A stretch of DNA of 64,000 bases. It comes from Nemertoderma westbladi (lineage: Eukaryota > Animalia > Xenacoelomorpha). Under the pieces are notes generated by a model. That model was not told where the DNA came from and made no database searches. It worked only from the letters and a program-made list of their open reading frames with translations. Location: positions 1-64,000 of the forward strand of contig JAUCBJ010000754.1 of the NCBI GenBank assembly GCA_032718475.1, read 5' to 3'. Shown here piece by piece: positions 26,427-54,778 of the stretch. Made by a program: the position numbers and the translations under genes. Position 1 is the stretch's first letter; each line of letters begins with the position of its first letter.

Positions 26427-28460
26427 ATGCTACCCAAGAAGGTTAGAGAGGCTATTCTCAACCAAGATTACGTCAAGGTGGGATCAGGAGTCCAGAGCGA
26501 TTTGGAGAGTGATTTCAACGCCATGACTGATTTGGAAGATAGATTGCCGAGACCGTTTGTCGACACCAAGCTATTGTTGCTATGGGCACAGGATATTGGA
26601 ATTTATAGAGAGTATCCCAACTCTGCCAAGACTGGTATGGGCTTTATAGCACATTTGTTGTATAATTGGGACTTTAAGTTAAAGACGCAGAAGAAATACG
26701 AGGAGGCGTATGGCGAATACAACACGCCACCGGGAGCGGAGTTCAAATCCCACTTCAAGCGGCAAGCGTTAGTGTATTGGAACATTTGCGCGCCACCCCG
26801 TGCGTCGCTACAATATTATTTGGTGCTTGAGTCGAACACGGTGATTTGTTTATTAGCGGATATCGTTGCGCGAGTTTTGAAGCGTCATCCATTGGTATTC
26901 GGAGGAGATCAATACGTTCGCTCGAAAGGGGGAATCCAATCCGACGTGATGAAGCGTTTCTTAACCCCGTTCTTTAACCAATCGTTGGAGAATACGTCGA
27001 TGGTTAAGAGAGGATTAGCGATATTCGAAGGAGTATATCGACAGAACATCGGAGATTTGGGAGACCGACCGTCGATGGAATATCCGACGCCAGAGGCCTT
27101 GGAGAAGTGGTTCGGGAATCAAACCCGCGGGTTTGGTACTCCCTTCCACTCGGAGGCTGATAGACCCGTTAAGGAGGGTTGGCCGGAGACGTTAGTAGAG
27201 GTGTTCGGAGTAGATCTTCCGGTGGAGAAGACATATCCGAAACGAACGCGGGAGGAAATATTGGAGATAGAGGACAAGGGCGAGGATGTTTACTTTGTTC
27301 CGGATCGACAACCGCTGACCGGAGAGGACGACATCGTATTAGACATTGGGAAAGAAGGAAGTGCGAAACCGATTGGAGACCTCATATACGAGAGGGCCTG
27401 GTTTCCACAAGCGCGTAGGTGCAAGTTGTGCGGCAGCACAAGGCACAATCAAAAATCGTTCGATGCGGTAGTAGAGGCGGCGCATAAGGTCTGCCGTTGG
27501 TGTAATGAGACCGACCATTCGTTTCACATGTGCACCGTCTTCATTTCTCAATGCAGATACTGTGGGGTAAAGGGACATCGCAGCGCGAGATGTCAGCTGC
27601 GAGACGATTCCTTCCAAAACCACAGCGCTAACCTACTTCGGGAGATGCTAGATAAGTGGGAGGGTGTGGCCGACTACCACATCCAAGCGCAGATGCGTTG
27701 GTTACCATTTAAGGCGGGATACGGGTTTTGGGCAGTAGACCCATCTCACGTTGCGTATGAGCCGTATCTACAGTCTTTGCCACAATATCAGGAGCTCATC
27801 TTGACTGCTCAAGACCTTCCACAGAACACTGGAGTAATTGTTGTTCGGGAATACTTTAGACAACTAAATATGGATAACAAGTACACTTGGAACTTCGTTG
27901 CCATTTGCGTTCGAATCACGAAGGGTGTATTTTCGGAAACTAGAAAGGTGGTACGCGCGCGAGGGGATTGGAGGATGGCGGCTATACAATACCGCAACGA
28001 TTTCTTGTTGACTCATGTACCAGTGGGGTCATTGACCGCTGAGAGGATACAGGAGCAGAGAATCGCAGCGACCACAGCGACAACCGCTGGAGCTCAAGGC
28101 TCGCGGAAAGAACCAGGAGGAGAGGTCCAAGACAAGCGTCAAGTCAAGGACGACCACTACCATTCGATAATAGAGGCACAGCGATTGCAGTGCAAGGCGC
28201 AGGGGGCGTCGGAAAAGGCGCGCGTGCAATTGCAGAAAGAAGAGTTGGCGGAAGCGACCGCAGGAGCACGACAATCGGGACGAGGCCGAGGTAGAAGTAC
28301 CAGCCGGGATTCTGTCGGGGCTCAGGGAATATCGTCGCCGGTTCCGGGGAGTGACGCCTCACGGACGCCGTCAACAGAATCTACTAGAGGACGCTTAGTG
28401 TATCTGGGAAGAGGGCGAAAGAGAGGAGCGAGCCCAAAGAACCCAGGAGCGGGTCAGTAA
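26427..28460 (+). CDS. Extra ORF of the BEL element (env position): uncharacterised 677-aa protein with clustered CCHC zinc knuckles and a basic RG-rich tail; probably N-terminally damaged
   Basis: Long non-repetitive ORF between pol and the 3' LTR. Motifs CKLCGSTRH, CRWCNETDHSFHMC, CRYCGVKGHRSARC at 27420-27593. The same frame is open upstream (26202-26402) apart from one TGA at 26403-26405. Confidence 0.75.
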   Translation: MLPKKVREAILNQDYVKVGSGVQSDLESDFNAMTDLEDRLPRPFVDTKLLLLWAQDIGIYREYPNSAKTGMGFIAHLLYNWDFKLKTQKKYEEAYGEYNTPPGAEFKSHFKRQALVYWNICAPPRASLQYYLVLESNTVICLLADIVARVLKRHPLVFGGDQYVRSKGGIQSDVMKRFLTPFFNQSLENTSMVKRGLAIFEGVYRQNIGDLGDRPSMEYPTPEALEKWFGNQTRGFGTPFHSEADRPVKEGWPETLVEVFGVDLPVEKTYPKRTREEILEIEDKGEDVYFVPDRQPLTGEDDIVLDIGKEGSAKPIGDLIYERAWFPQARRCKLCGSTRHNQKSFDAVVEAAHKVCRWCNETDHSFHMCTVFISQCRYCGVKGHRSARCQLRDDSFQNHSANLLREMLDKWEGVADYHIQAQMRWLPFKAGYGFWAVDPSHVAYEPYLQSLPQYQELILTAQDLPQNTGVIVVREYFRQLNMDNKYTWNFVAICVRITKGVFSETRKVVRARGDWRMAAIQYRNDFLLTHVPVGSLTAERIQEQRIAATTATTAGAQGSRKEPGGEVQDKRQVKDDHYHSIIEAQRLQCKAQGASEKARVQLQKEELAEATAGARQSGRGRGRSTSRDSVGAQGISSPVPGSDASRTPSTESTRGRLVYLGRGRKRGASPKNPGAGQ

Positions 28461-30348
28461 TACATTATAGCACAGGGCGACAGACTCTAGATATATACAT
28501 CATCGTCGCTCTGATGTATATTGTAGCATTTAGAAATATTCGACTAGACTCATATACACTAGTTGCGTTGTTTTGAATTTATATTGTGAGAGAGGCGAAG
28601 GAGGTGATTGGGGAGACAAACCTGCGGGTTTGGCTTACTCCTTTCACTTACCCTAGCAAAATTATTTTATATTTGATCTTGTATGTAGTAATCATTATGT
28701 AGTACGAACGAGAAACAATAATTTTGTAAATTTAATTTGTATGTAATAATCGTTAAACAGTGAGAGAGATAATATTTTGTAAATTTAATTTGTATGCAAT
28801 TCCATTATGCAATATCTATGGCAATATTTGTAAATAGTAGAATTATTGTGTTATTTAGATTATTTGAAAGAAATTTATTTTGTTTGTATACATCACCTTA
28901 TACTCTTCTACAGTTGGAGGGAAACATTGTATGATTTCCCTTGGAGCGGTGTTACAGTATATGGCGCTGTATCCACATTATTAGCCATTATACAGTACAA
29001 TATATTAGTCCATTATACAGTACGCAATATTAGTCCGTTATGCAGTATAATATTATAGATAAGGTATAATAGCGCAATGACATTTAGATAAGGAAATTGA
29101 AACGCCCATATATTTGAATTCATCCATTTTGTATAGTATGTAGCCCTACCTATGTAATTTTGTATTAGGATATAAGTAGATAGTTCCAGGGTAGCAAGTT
29201 CAGTTGGACCCTGGATTTTGGGCTTGCTGTTATTAGTCTTGATGGGCTAGCTATCGCGTGTCGTAATTTCCTATAATTGCGCTAAATTAATGTTTGTGCA
29301 TCATGTTATTAGTACCGCTAAATTAAGCACCGGCAAAATTACCTTATATGGTGACGTTTTGAGGGTTTGAGAAGCAATAGGGCTACAATCCGGCTTTCTT
29401 ATTGGACTAACGGCTTCCAGGTTGGTCTAATGATAAGCGCGGATTGAAGAGCCAATGAGTGAGCGATTGCATCACCCTTCTCGGATCACATATAAATTGG
29501 CGGTTTGCCGGTAGAGCTGTACTACAACAACAACGACAATACCCCAATAACCTTACCCACTCACTCAGACATATTTAGTACCATTAAGTTAGAAGTATAT
29601 TTTGCGTATTTTCTGCAATTTTCTACCTTTTGATTAATTTTCTTGGAATGATTCGTTAGTGCTATTATTCTCAATTGCGTTTCTCAATCAATCCTATCGA
29701 TTACTGCTAATTACAACCGGAACTATGATTTCTACCCCTTTTGTAAATGGTTCTATGTGATTCATTTCTACGCAATAATCCTAAGGGATTTTCTGGGACT
29801 ATCAGACTTTGTGATTTGCATGCGCCGCTACGGTAGCTATTCAATAAATGGAGAGCTAAGGTGCCGGTAGGCGGTGGGCGCATCGGGGGGTTGGGCGACT
29901 AAGGGAGAGCGGAGGATTCAAAAGCGGGCAACGCTGGCGGGGGGTCACCGTTGCGGTCGGGCGTTTCGCACTGTAGCATGCAGACCATTCGCCGGTACAG
30001 TAATTAGGGGGCTGATGATCCAGGTTTTGTCTCTATTTAGTATTAGGGGGGCAAGAATCGGGTTAGTTAGGAAGCCTAGATGTACCCGGGAGAGGCCTGC
30101 ACGTATTGCAGTGTGAAGTGTGGAGTACGAAGAGTGAATCGCACAACTGTGGGCTACACGGTAGTTAACTGCATAATTGCGAGCTGTGATTGCTGGCGCT
30201 GATTGGTGTGTTACTGAAGTGTGCCTATGATTACGAATGCTTAGGTAGGCGCCCCTTTCTCTTTGATTGATTTCTATTTCTTAGTTACAACAAATAATTA
30301 CTGATTAGGTCAAAGTAATACAGTATTTTAGACTGTTACTAGCGAAAC

Positions 30349-32018
30349 AGAGAGAAAGCCGCCCCAATATTAGATTATTACAACAACATATCCATTGGGT
30401 AAGAAAGTGGAGGAGAGCCAGCCCGTCTCTTAATTTTTTACTTTATATTACGCGATCAATTTTCACTCATCTCGTCATGAACCCAACATGTATGTAACCT
30501 TTTGTTAAATTTGTTGGTTATGCGTTTGCGGTTGTTTGGGCGGAGTGTGGTAGGCCTACACTTTTCACACTTAAATATTTTGGTTGTGAAATGTTACAGG
30601 GCATAGCGATCTGAGATATTTCATTTATATTTTATTATGAGAGGAAGAAGAACATACAACGTTATTTACTATGTAACAATATAATTGTTTTCGGGTTTAA
30701 TTTGGAAGCCTCCCCAAATAGTTGATATACAATTATAATTTAAAATTATTTCCATGGTCATGGTCATTCACCCGTCTTTAGTTAGAAATTTGTTTGCATG
30801 AAAGACAGTTTAGTTTAGTTTTTACTGATTTATTATCTCTTATCTGACTGGGGTAATAATAAAGGATAGGATAAATGGAAGCAAAGTGTGACAGTAACAA
30901 ATATTTCAACGTCACCCTAGCATGTCTTAAGAATATGATATATCAAAGGGGGAAGTTTGGATTCACTGCATAAATGCAGTTCACCAAACTTCCCCCGAAT
31001 GCACACTGTAACTTCCCCCTTCCCCAAAATATCCACTGTTGAATTAATTTGAAGCGATATAATAAGTACAAAATTGTGCGAGTTTTTAATTGTGTGGTCC
31101 AATTGTTATTTGATTTCTATTTATTATTTAAAGTGCATTTAATATCACACTGGTTTTTAGAATATTATACTATACAACCTTATGTTTTATTAATTTACCC
31201 AATCGAAGCCTCACAAGGGCCGGTTATTTGTACGCATATCCCCTAATGCGCTCAGTAAGGTTCAAACAACATATTAATATGAAAATAAAGTATCTGCAAA
31301 GAAAATAACCCAATACTATATAATTTGACCTTATTAAAAAATTTGCACTTTTGCACACTTATTTGTACAAATGCACTTTAGCAGATCGTAATGGTGGCTC
31401 TTATTTAACAAACTTATGTTTATCCTCTACCGATCTACGATGGTGTATGATCAAGTGTCAGTCGCTAAAAGTGTCAAAAATCCAATTTAATAAATCTGGA
31501 TTTGCGATTTTGGACCATATTCATGGACATTTTAAGTCACTTTATAGACATAAAAAGTTAAACAAATGTTACGATTATAGTTAGAAATCATTCCAAACTA
31601 CATTTTAATCCAAATAATAACATTCTACGATGAATAGAACTGGAAATAATAGTGTTTGAAATATCGAAAAAATGTGCACTATTTAAGTGCATTTTGCACT
31701 AAGTGCACATAAGTCTTTTCCCAAGTCTTATCCTATTTCACACACTACAATCTATCCTCTATCCAATGAAAAAAGTTTCAGATTAAACGGCCCTGTAGAA
31801 CCGAAGTTATTTATGTTTAAAAATAGTCACTCGAAAATTTCAAATTCTCTTGGTCACATAGTCTAGTGGTTATCAATCACGTTAATGAAACCTAAGTTCG
31901 CGGGTTCGAAATCCAATATTGACCTGACCATTCTTAATTTTTTTGCAAAAAAAATTATTTTTATTTTTTCACTAAAATCGCTCTAACTTCGGTTCTGGTG
32001 GTCCAAATTCAATAAAAT
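30349..32018. other. AT-rich foreign segment replacing 36 bp of the 3' LTR; no TSD or TIR
   Basis: LTR similarity stops after AGCGAAAC (30348) and resumes at CTCTTAGTAATTAG (32019). 5' LTR bases 16624-16659 have no counterpart. Confidence 0.85.
31852..31924 (+). pseudogene. Degenerate tRNA-like sequence (tRNA pseudogene or SINE head)
   Basis: 73 nt. Ends GGTCA...TGACC pair. A-box-like TAGTCTAGTGGTTA and B-box-like GGTTCGAAATCC at tRNA spacing. Other stems are poorly paired. Confidence 0.4.
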
Positions 32019-32808
32019 CTCTTAGTAATTAGTACGCTGTTACATATTTGTGACTGTAATTAGTTAGTGAAATTAAGAATTAGTACGCAGCATAGCGGAG
32101 AGTAGCTAAGGTAATAATTAGAGTACCGTAAACTATTCACGCTGAGCGGTTATTTGCATTAGCGGGAAATAAGCTAGATCGCATTATTCAGTACGCACAA
32201 CACACTAGTAATTTGCTGGCCTAAAGCCAGCTGCAGGCAAGTTTAGACCCAGAGCGGTATTACCCACGTAGAGACAAAATACTGTACCATTTTTGATTAT
32301 ATTAAATATTCTCGCATTCATACATTCCGTTAGGGAACCCCCAGTATTCGCGATTAGAAAAGACGTAGGCATTATCGTATTTCAATAGTAAATTTAGGCA
32401 TAAGAATACTCTGAGTGCAAAGCCTCTCGCACTCGTCTTAAGTAAGCTTAGGGAGCCGACTCGGGTTTATTGTTTTGGTTATTCCCGCGTGGCTCATAGA
32501 TTCGAACAGTTAGCTCTCTGTCGAGCGATCGGCAGAGAAAGGAACAAGCGATTTTGCAGGAGTTGTGTAAATTTAGTAAAATATATTAGCGGACGGCAGA
32601 TTAGCGCCATCCAACGGTAAATAGCGGTTTTGTATTTAGCAGCCCTACAATTTAGTAATAGCACGCTCCTGATCGCCTTTACTTAACAGTAGAGCAGTCT
32701 TTGTGTCTTATTGGTTAGGCGGGAACTCATTAGGTTGGCAGAGAAGTATACGGGTATTTGTCTGTTCAACAGTTCTGCTGTTAGTATAGGGGTCGCGGTT
32801 GTTTATCA

Positions 32809-34964
32809 AGATCAGAGACTCACTTAATAAAGAGATCAGAGACTCACTTAATAAGGAGATCAGAGACTCACTTAATAAGGAGATCAGAGACTCACTTAAT
32901 AAGGAGATCAGTGACTCACTTAATAAGGAGATTAGTGACTCACTTAATAAGGAGATCAGAGACTCACTTAATAAGGAGATCAGAGACTCACTTAATAAAG
33001 ATATTAGTGACTCACTTAATAAGGAGATCAGAGATTCACTTAATAAGGAGATCAGAGACTCACTTAATAAGGAGATCAGTGACTCACTTAATAAGGAGAT
33101 TAGTGACTCACTTAATAAGGAGATCAAAGACTCACTTAATAAGGAGATCAGAGACTCACTTAATAAGGAGATTAGTGACTCACTTAATAAGGAGATCAGA
33201 GACTCACTTAATAAAGAGATCAGAGACACACTTAATAAGGAGATCAGAGACTCACTTAATAAGGAGTTCAGAGACTCACTTAATAAGGAGATCAGTGACT
33301 CACTTAATAAGGAGATCAGAGACTCACTTAATAAAGAGATTAGTGAGTCACTTAATAAAGATATTAGTGACTCACTTAATAAGGAGATCAGTGACTCACT
33401 TAATAAAGAGATCAGAGACTCACTTAATAAGGAGATTAGTGACTCACTTAATAAGGAGATCAGAGACTCACTTAATAAAGAGATCAGAGACACACTTAAT
33501 AAGGAGATCAGAGACTCACTTAATAAGGAGTTCAGAGACTCACTTAATAAGGAGATCAGTGACTCACTTAATAAGGAGATCAGAGACTCACTTAATAAAG
33601 AGATTAGTGAGTCACTTAATAAAGATATTAGTGACTCACTTAATAAGGAGATCAGTGACTCACTTAATAAGGAGATCAGAGACTCACTTAATAAAGAGAT
33701 TAGTGAGTCACTTAATAAAGATATTAGTGACTCACTTAATAAGGAGATCCGAGACTCACTTAATAAGGAGATCCGAGACTCACTTAATAAGGAGATCAGA
33801 GACTCACTTAATAAGGTGATCAGAGACTCACTTAATAAGGAGATCAGAGACTCACTTAATACGGAGATCAGAGACTCACATAATAAGGAGATCAGTGACT
33901 CACTTAATAAGGAGATTAGTGACTCACTTAATAAGGAGATCAGAGACTCACTTAATAAGGAGATCAGAGACTCACTTAATAAAGATATTAGTGACTCACT
34001 TAATAAGGAGATCAGAGACTCACTTAATAAGGAGAACAGAGACTCACTTAATAAGGAGATCAGAGACTCACTTAATAAGGAGATCAGAGACTCACTTAAT
34101 AAGGAGATCAGAGTCTCACTTAATAAGGAGATCAGTGACTCACTTAATAAGGAGATCAGTGACTCACTTAATAACGAGATCAGAGACTCACTTAATAAGG
34201 AGATCAGAGACTCACTTAATAAGGAGATCAGTGACTCACTTAATAAGGAGATTAGTGACTCACTTAATAAGGAGATCAGAGACTCACTTAATAAGGAGAT
34301 CAGAGACTCACTTAATAAGGAGATCAGAGACTCACTTAATAAGGAGATCAGAGACTCACATAATAAGGAGATCAGTGACTCACTTAATAAGGAGATTAGT
34401 GACTCACTTAATAAGGAGATCAGAGACTCACTTAATAAGGAGATCAGAGACTCACTTAATAAGGAGATCAGAGACTCACTTAATAAGGAGATCAGAGACT
34501 CACTTAATAAGGAGATCAGAGACTCACTTAATAAGGAGATCAGAGACTCACTTAATAAGGAGATCAGAGACTCACTTAATAAGGAGATCAGAGACTCACT
34601 TAATAAGGAGATTAGTGACTCACTTAATAAGGAGATCAGAGACTCACTTAATAAGGAGATCAGAGACTCACTTAATAAGGAGATTAGTGACTCACTTAAT
34701 AAGGAGATCAGAGACTCACTTAATAAGGAGATCAGAGACTCACTTAATAAGGAGATCAGTGACTCACTTAATAAGGAGATCAGAGACTCACTTAATAAAG
34801 AGATTAGTGACTTACTTAATAAAGAGATTAGTGACTCACTTAATAAGGAGATCAGAGACTCACTTAATAAAGAGATTAGAGACTCACTTAATAAAGAGAT
34901 TAGTGACTCACTTAATAAGGAGATCAGAGACTCACTTAATAAAGAGATTAGAAGAGAGACTCAC
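32809..34964. repeat. 24-bp satellite array, donor-proximal part (about 90 monomers), abutting the 5' splice site of the host exon
   Basis: Same monomer as 1-14096. The last unit ends in GAGACTCAC at 34964, the reverse complement of the donor GTGAGT. Confidence 0.97.
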
Positions 34965-35109
34965 CGATTATATCGTAAGATTCAGCCAACTCATTCAGTT
35001 TTTCTTTAGCGTAGTTTCCAACGTTAAGAGCGTGGTCTAGCAGATTGTCGCGGGCAATCACCTCCATCACAGATAGACCAATAACACAGGAAACTGGATT
35101 CCCTCCAAA
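34965..35109 (-). CDS. ETNPPL: Host gene exon (5th in window), ETNPPL/PHYKPL-like phospho-lyase: FGGNPVSCVIGLSVMEVIARDNLLDHALNVGNYAKEKLNELAESYDIIG
   Basis: AG acceptor at 35111-35110, GTGAGT donor from 34964. Phase 0 joins YFNT|FGGNP, the class-III aminotransferase T(F/Y)GGNP motif. ETNPPL versus PHYKPL orthology cannot be resolved by eye. Confidence 0.92.
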
Positions 35110-35492
35110 CTTTATGAAATTAATAAATAATTTAGTAAATCGATATTAGAAAAGAATATTATGTATTATTAGTACTACACTATACATTGTAAGTTACATC
35201 TGTAACTAAAGCATATAGCTTTAGTACAGGCTAAACACACAATTTATTCAAATAATTGCGCGACAAAGAGCCAAAAACTAAGAGCTAAACAGAAGGCTCT
35301 TCAGAGCAATATTCCCTGTTATTTATTAATTAATACTTCAACGAAAGGGCACTTATAAGTTGTACTTCTCGACCAATTGGGTTGAAATTTAAGTACAATA
35401 AAATAAATGTAAAAACAAGGAATTCTACAACATTTCTCATCGATGAAATTTATCAAACTATCATATTACAGCGATGTTGAGAGACTGAGAGA

Positions 35493-53132
<17,640 letters not shown>

Positions 53133-53670
53133 TTATGGTAGTTATGTATTTAGATGTTCGATTTCTCTCCTACTCAATGCCCTCATCGCCCAGGAAGTCG
53201 CGTAAGATAATTTAATTTGTAACTTCTACGATTAATTATAAAACATTTAAGAGGAAAATATAGAATTATGGCTGCGACTTAACCTCGACAGTGAGTTGAT
53301 TACGGTATAATATATTACGTGTCATGGCGGAAATAAATATAATAATAATAATGATAAACGATATTCTATCAGTTTTAGGCCAAAAATTGGGTCAAATTAT
53401 GTTAAAATAAATAGGAAACTTTCCTTTTGGATTGTGATATTTTGGTTTGGCATTGTGACGAATCTTTAGCGTTTAACATTTAATTTATTCTTTCCCAAAA
53501 TTTCACAGAAGTTTATGAAAAAAGAAACCCGATTGAAATATAAAAAGTTTTCATGTGATTTGGACTATTGATATGAATTCGATTTTTACTTTATTGAATG
53601 ATAACGGTAGACATCGCGAATACCGGTACGTTTATAATTGGATTATAGTGAAATAAAGTAGATTATTTAC

Positions 53671-53753
53671 TTGTAAGCACATCGGAGGAAATCGGGAGGA
53701 AATACAACTTGACCGGCACAGCTCTGCATCGATTCGTGAAAGAAGGCAGCAAC
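53671..53753 (-). CDS. ETNPPL: Host gene exon (3rd in window): VAAFFHESMQSCAGQVVFPPDFLRCAY(K)
   Basis: CAG acceptor, GTAAAT donor, 83 nt. Matches the AAFIAES.QSCGGQ motif of ETNPPL/PHYKPL. The phase 2 end joins the next exon. Confidence 0.9.
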
Positions 53754-53990
53754 CTGTAATGGAGGCAGTACAAGAGGAACCAGGGGGCAGTGGATGGCTA
53801 TCTATAGACTCTATTAGGATCACTTTATGTTCTCGTATATTTAATTTACCGACTAGACGATTAATTTAATCCCGACAAGCCGGAAAAATCGTGAGTAAAT
53901 TAATTTTGAAATTGAATACAATTTCAAGTTATTAATAAAAATAAACTACATTGAATTATTTCGTTGGGCACTGCCAGTCATCTGCAACCG

Positions 53991-54589
53991 CTGGTCAACC
54001 CTAACCCAGTACCGGTTGTGCCACTGCTCAACCCAGTACCGGTTGTGCCACTGGTCAACCCAGTACCGGTTGTGCCACTGGTCAACCCAGTACCGGTTGT
54101 GCCACTGGTCAACCCAGTACCGGTTGTGCCACTGGTCAACCCAGTACCGATTGTGCCACTGGTCAACCCAGTACCGGTTCTGCCACTGGTCAACCCAGTA
54201 CCGGTTGTGCCACAGGTCAACCCAGTACCGGTTGTGCCACTGGTCAACCCAGTACCGGTTGTGCCACTGGTCAACCCAGTACCGGTTGTGCCACTGGTCA
54301 ACCCAGTACCGGTTGTGCCACTGGTCAACCCAGTACCGGTTGTGCCACTGGTCAACCCAGTACCGGTTGTGCCACTGGTCAACCCAGTACCGGTTGTGCC
54401 ACTGGTCAACCCAGTACCGGTTGTGCCACTGGTCAACCCAGTACCGGTTGTGCCACTGGTCAACCCAGTACCGGTTGTGCCACTGGTCAACCCAGTACCG
54501 GTTGTGCCACTGGTCAACCCAGTACCGGTTGTGCCACTGGTCAACCCAGTACCGGTTATGCCACTGGTCAACCCAGTACCGGTCGTGCC
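53991..54589. repeat. 27-bp minisatellite (CTGGTCAACCCAGTACCGGTTGTGCCA), about 22 copies, intronic
   Basis: Directly visible. Lies within intron 53754-54720. Confidence 0.97.
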
Positions 54590-54720
54590 CTCGAGTTTCC
54601 TACAACTTGTTTCACTTTCTATTTATCTGACTGTCTGACTTCGAGATTCAAACAAATAATTAATCGAATTATCAATTGCCTCGATTAAGTTTAATAAATC
54701 CGTTAGTTAGTAAACCAAAC

Positions 54721-54778
54721 CTTCCTATTGCGATTAATTCTTAAATCAGCGAGTAAATCTCGTATTTCTTCTGCATAC
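54721..54778 (-). CDS. ETNPPL: Host gene exon (2nd in window): YAEEIRDLLADLRINRNRK
   Basis: TTTAG acceptor, GTTTGG donor, 58 nt. Phases fit both neighbours. Matches the YA.EV..LI helix of the family. Confidence 0.82.

Larger units (their letters stand above)
14097..32808 (+). mobile_element. BEL/Pao-superfamily LTR retrotransposon, degenerate, inserted in the 24-bp satellite
   Basis: Direct repeats TGTTAC...TTATCA at 14097-17449 and 28950-32808. 5-bp TSD AGATC at 14092-14096 and 32809-32813. Internal Gag with BEL-type triple Cys/His motif, then PR-RT-RNaseH-IN order. Confidence 0.95.
28950..32808 (+). repeat. 3' LTR (about 2.2 kb native sequence plus a 1670-bp foreign segment)
   Basis: Starts TGTTACAGTATATGGCGC, matching 14097. 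Ends GTTTATCA followed by TSD AGATC. Only a short purine-rich GGAGCGG precedes it as a candidate PPT. Confidence 0.93.

Noticed and set aside
28493-28521. 10-bp hairpin and short AT-rich direct repeats in the retroelement 3' UTR
   Set aside because: AT-rich and of a kind common in LTR-element UTRs. No support for a specific function.
53964-54638. (VNPVPVVPL)n / (TSGTTGTGL)n mucin- or antifreeze-like ORFs
   Set aside because: 27-bp minisatellite inside intron 53754-54720. The flanking exons splice in phase without it.
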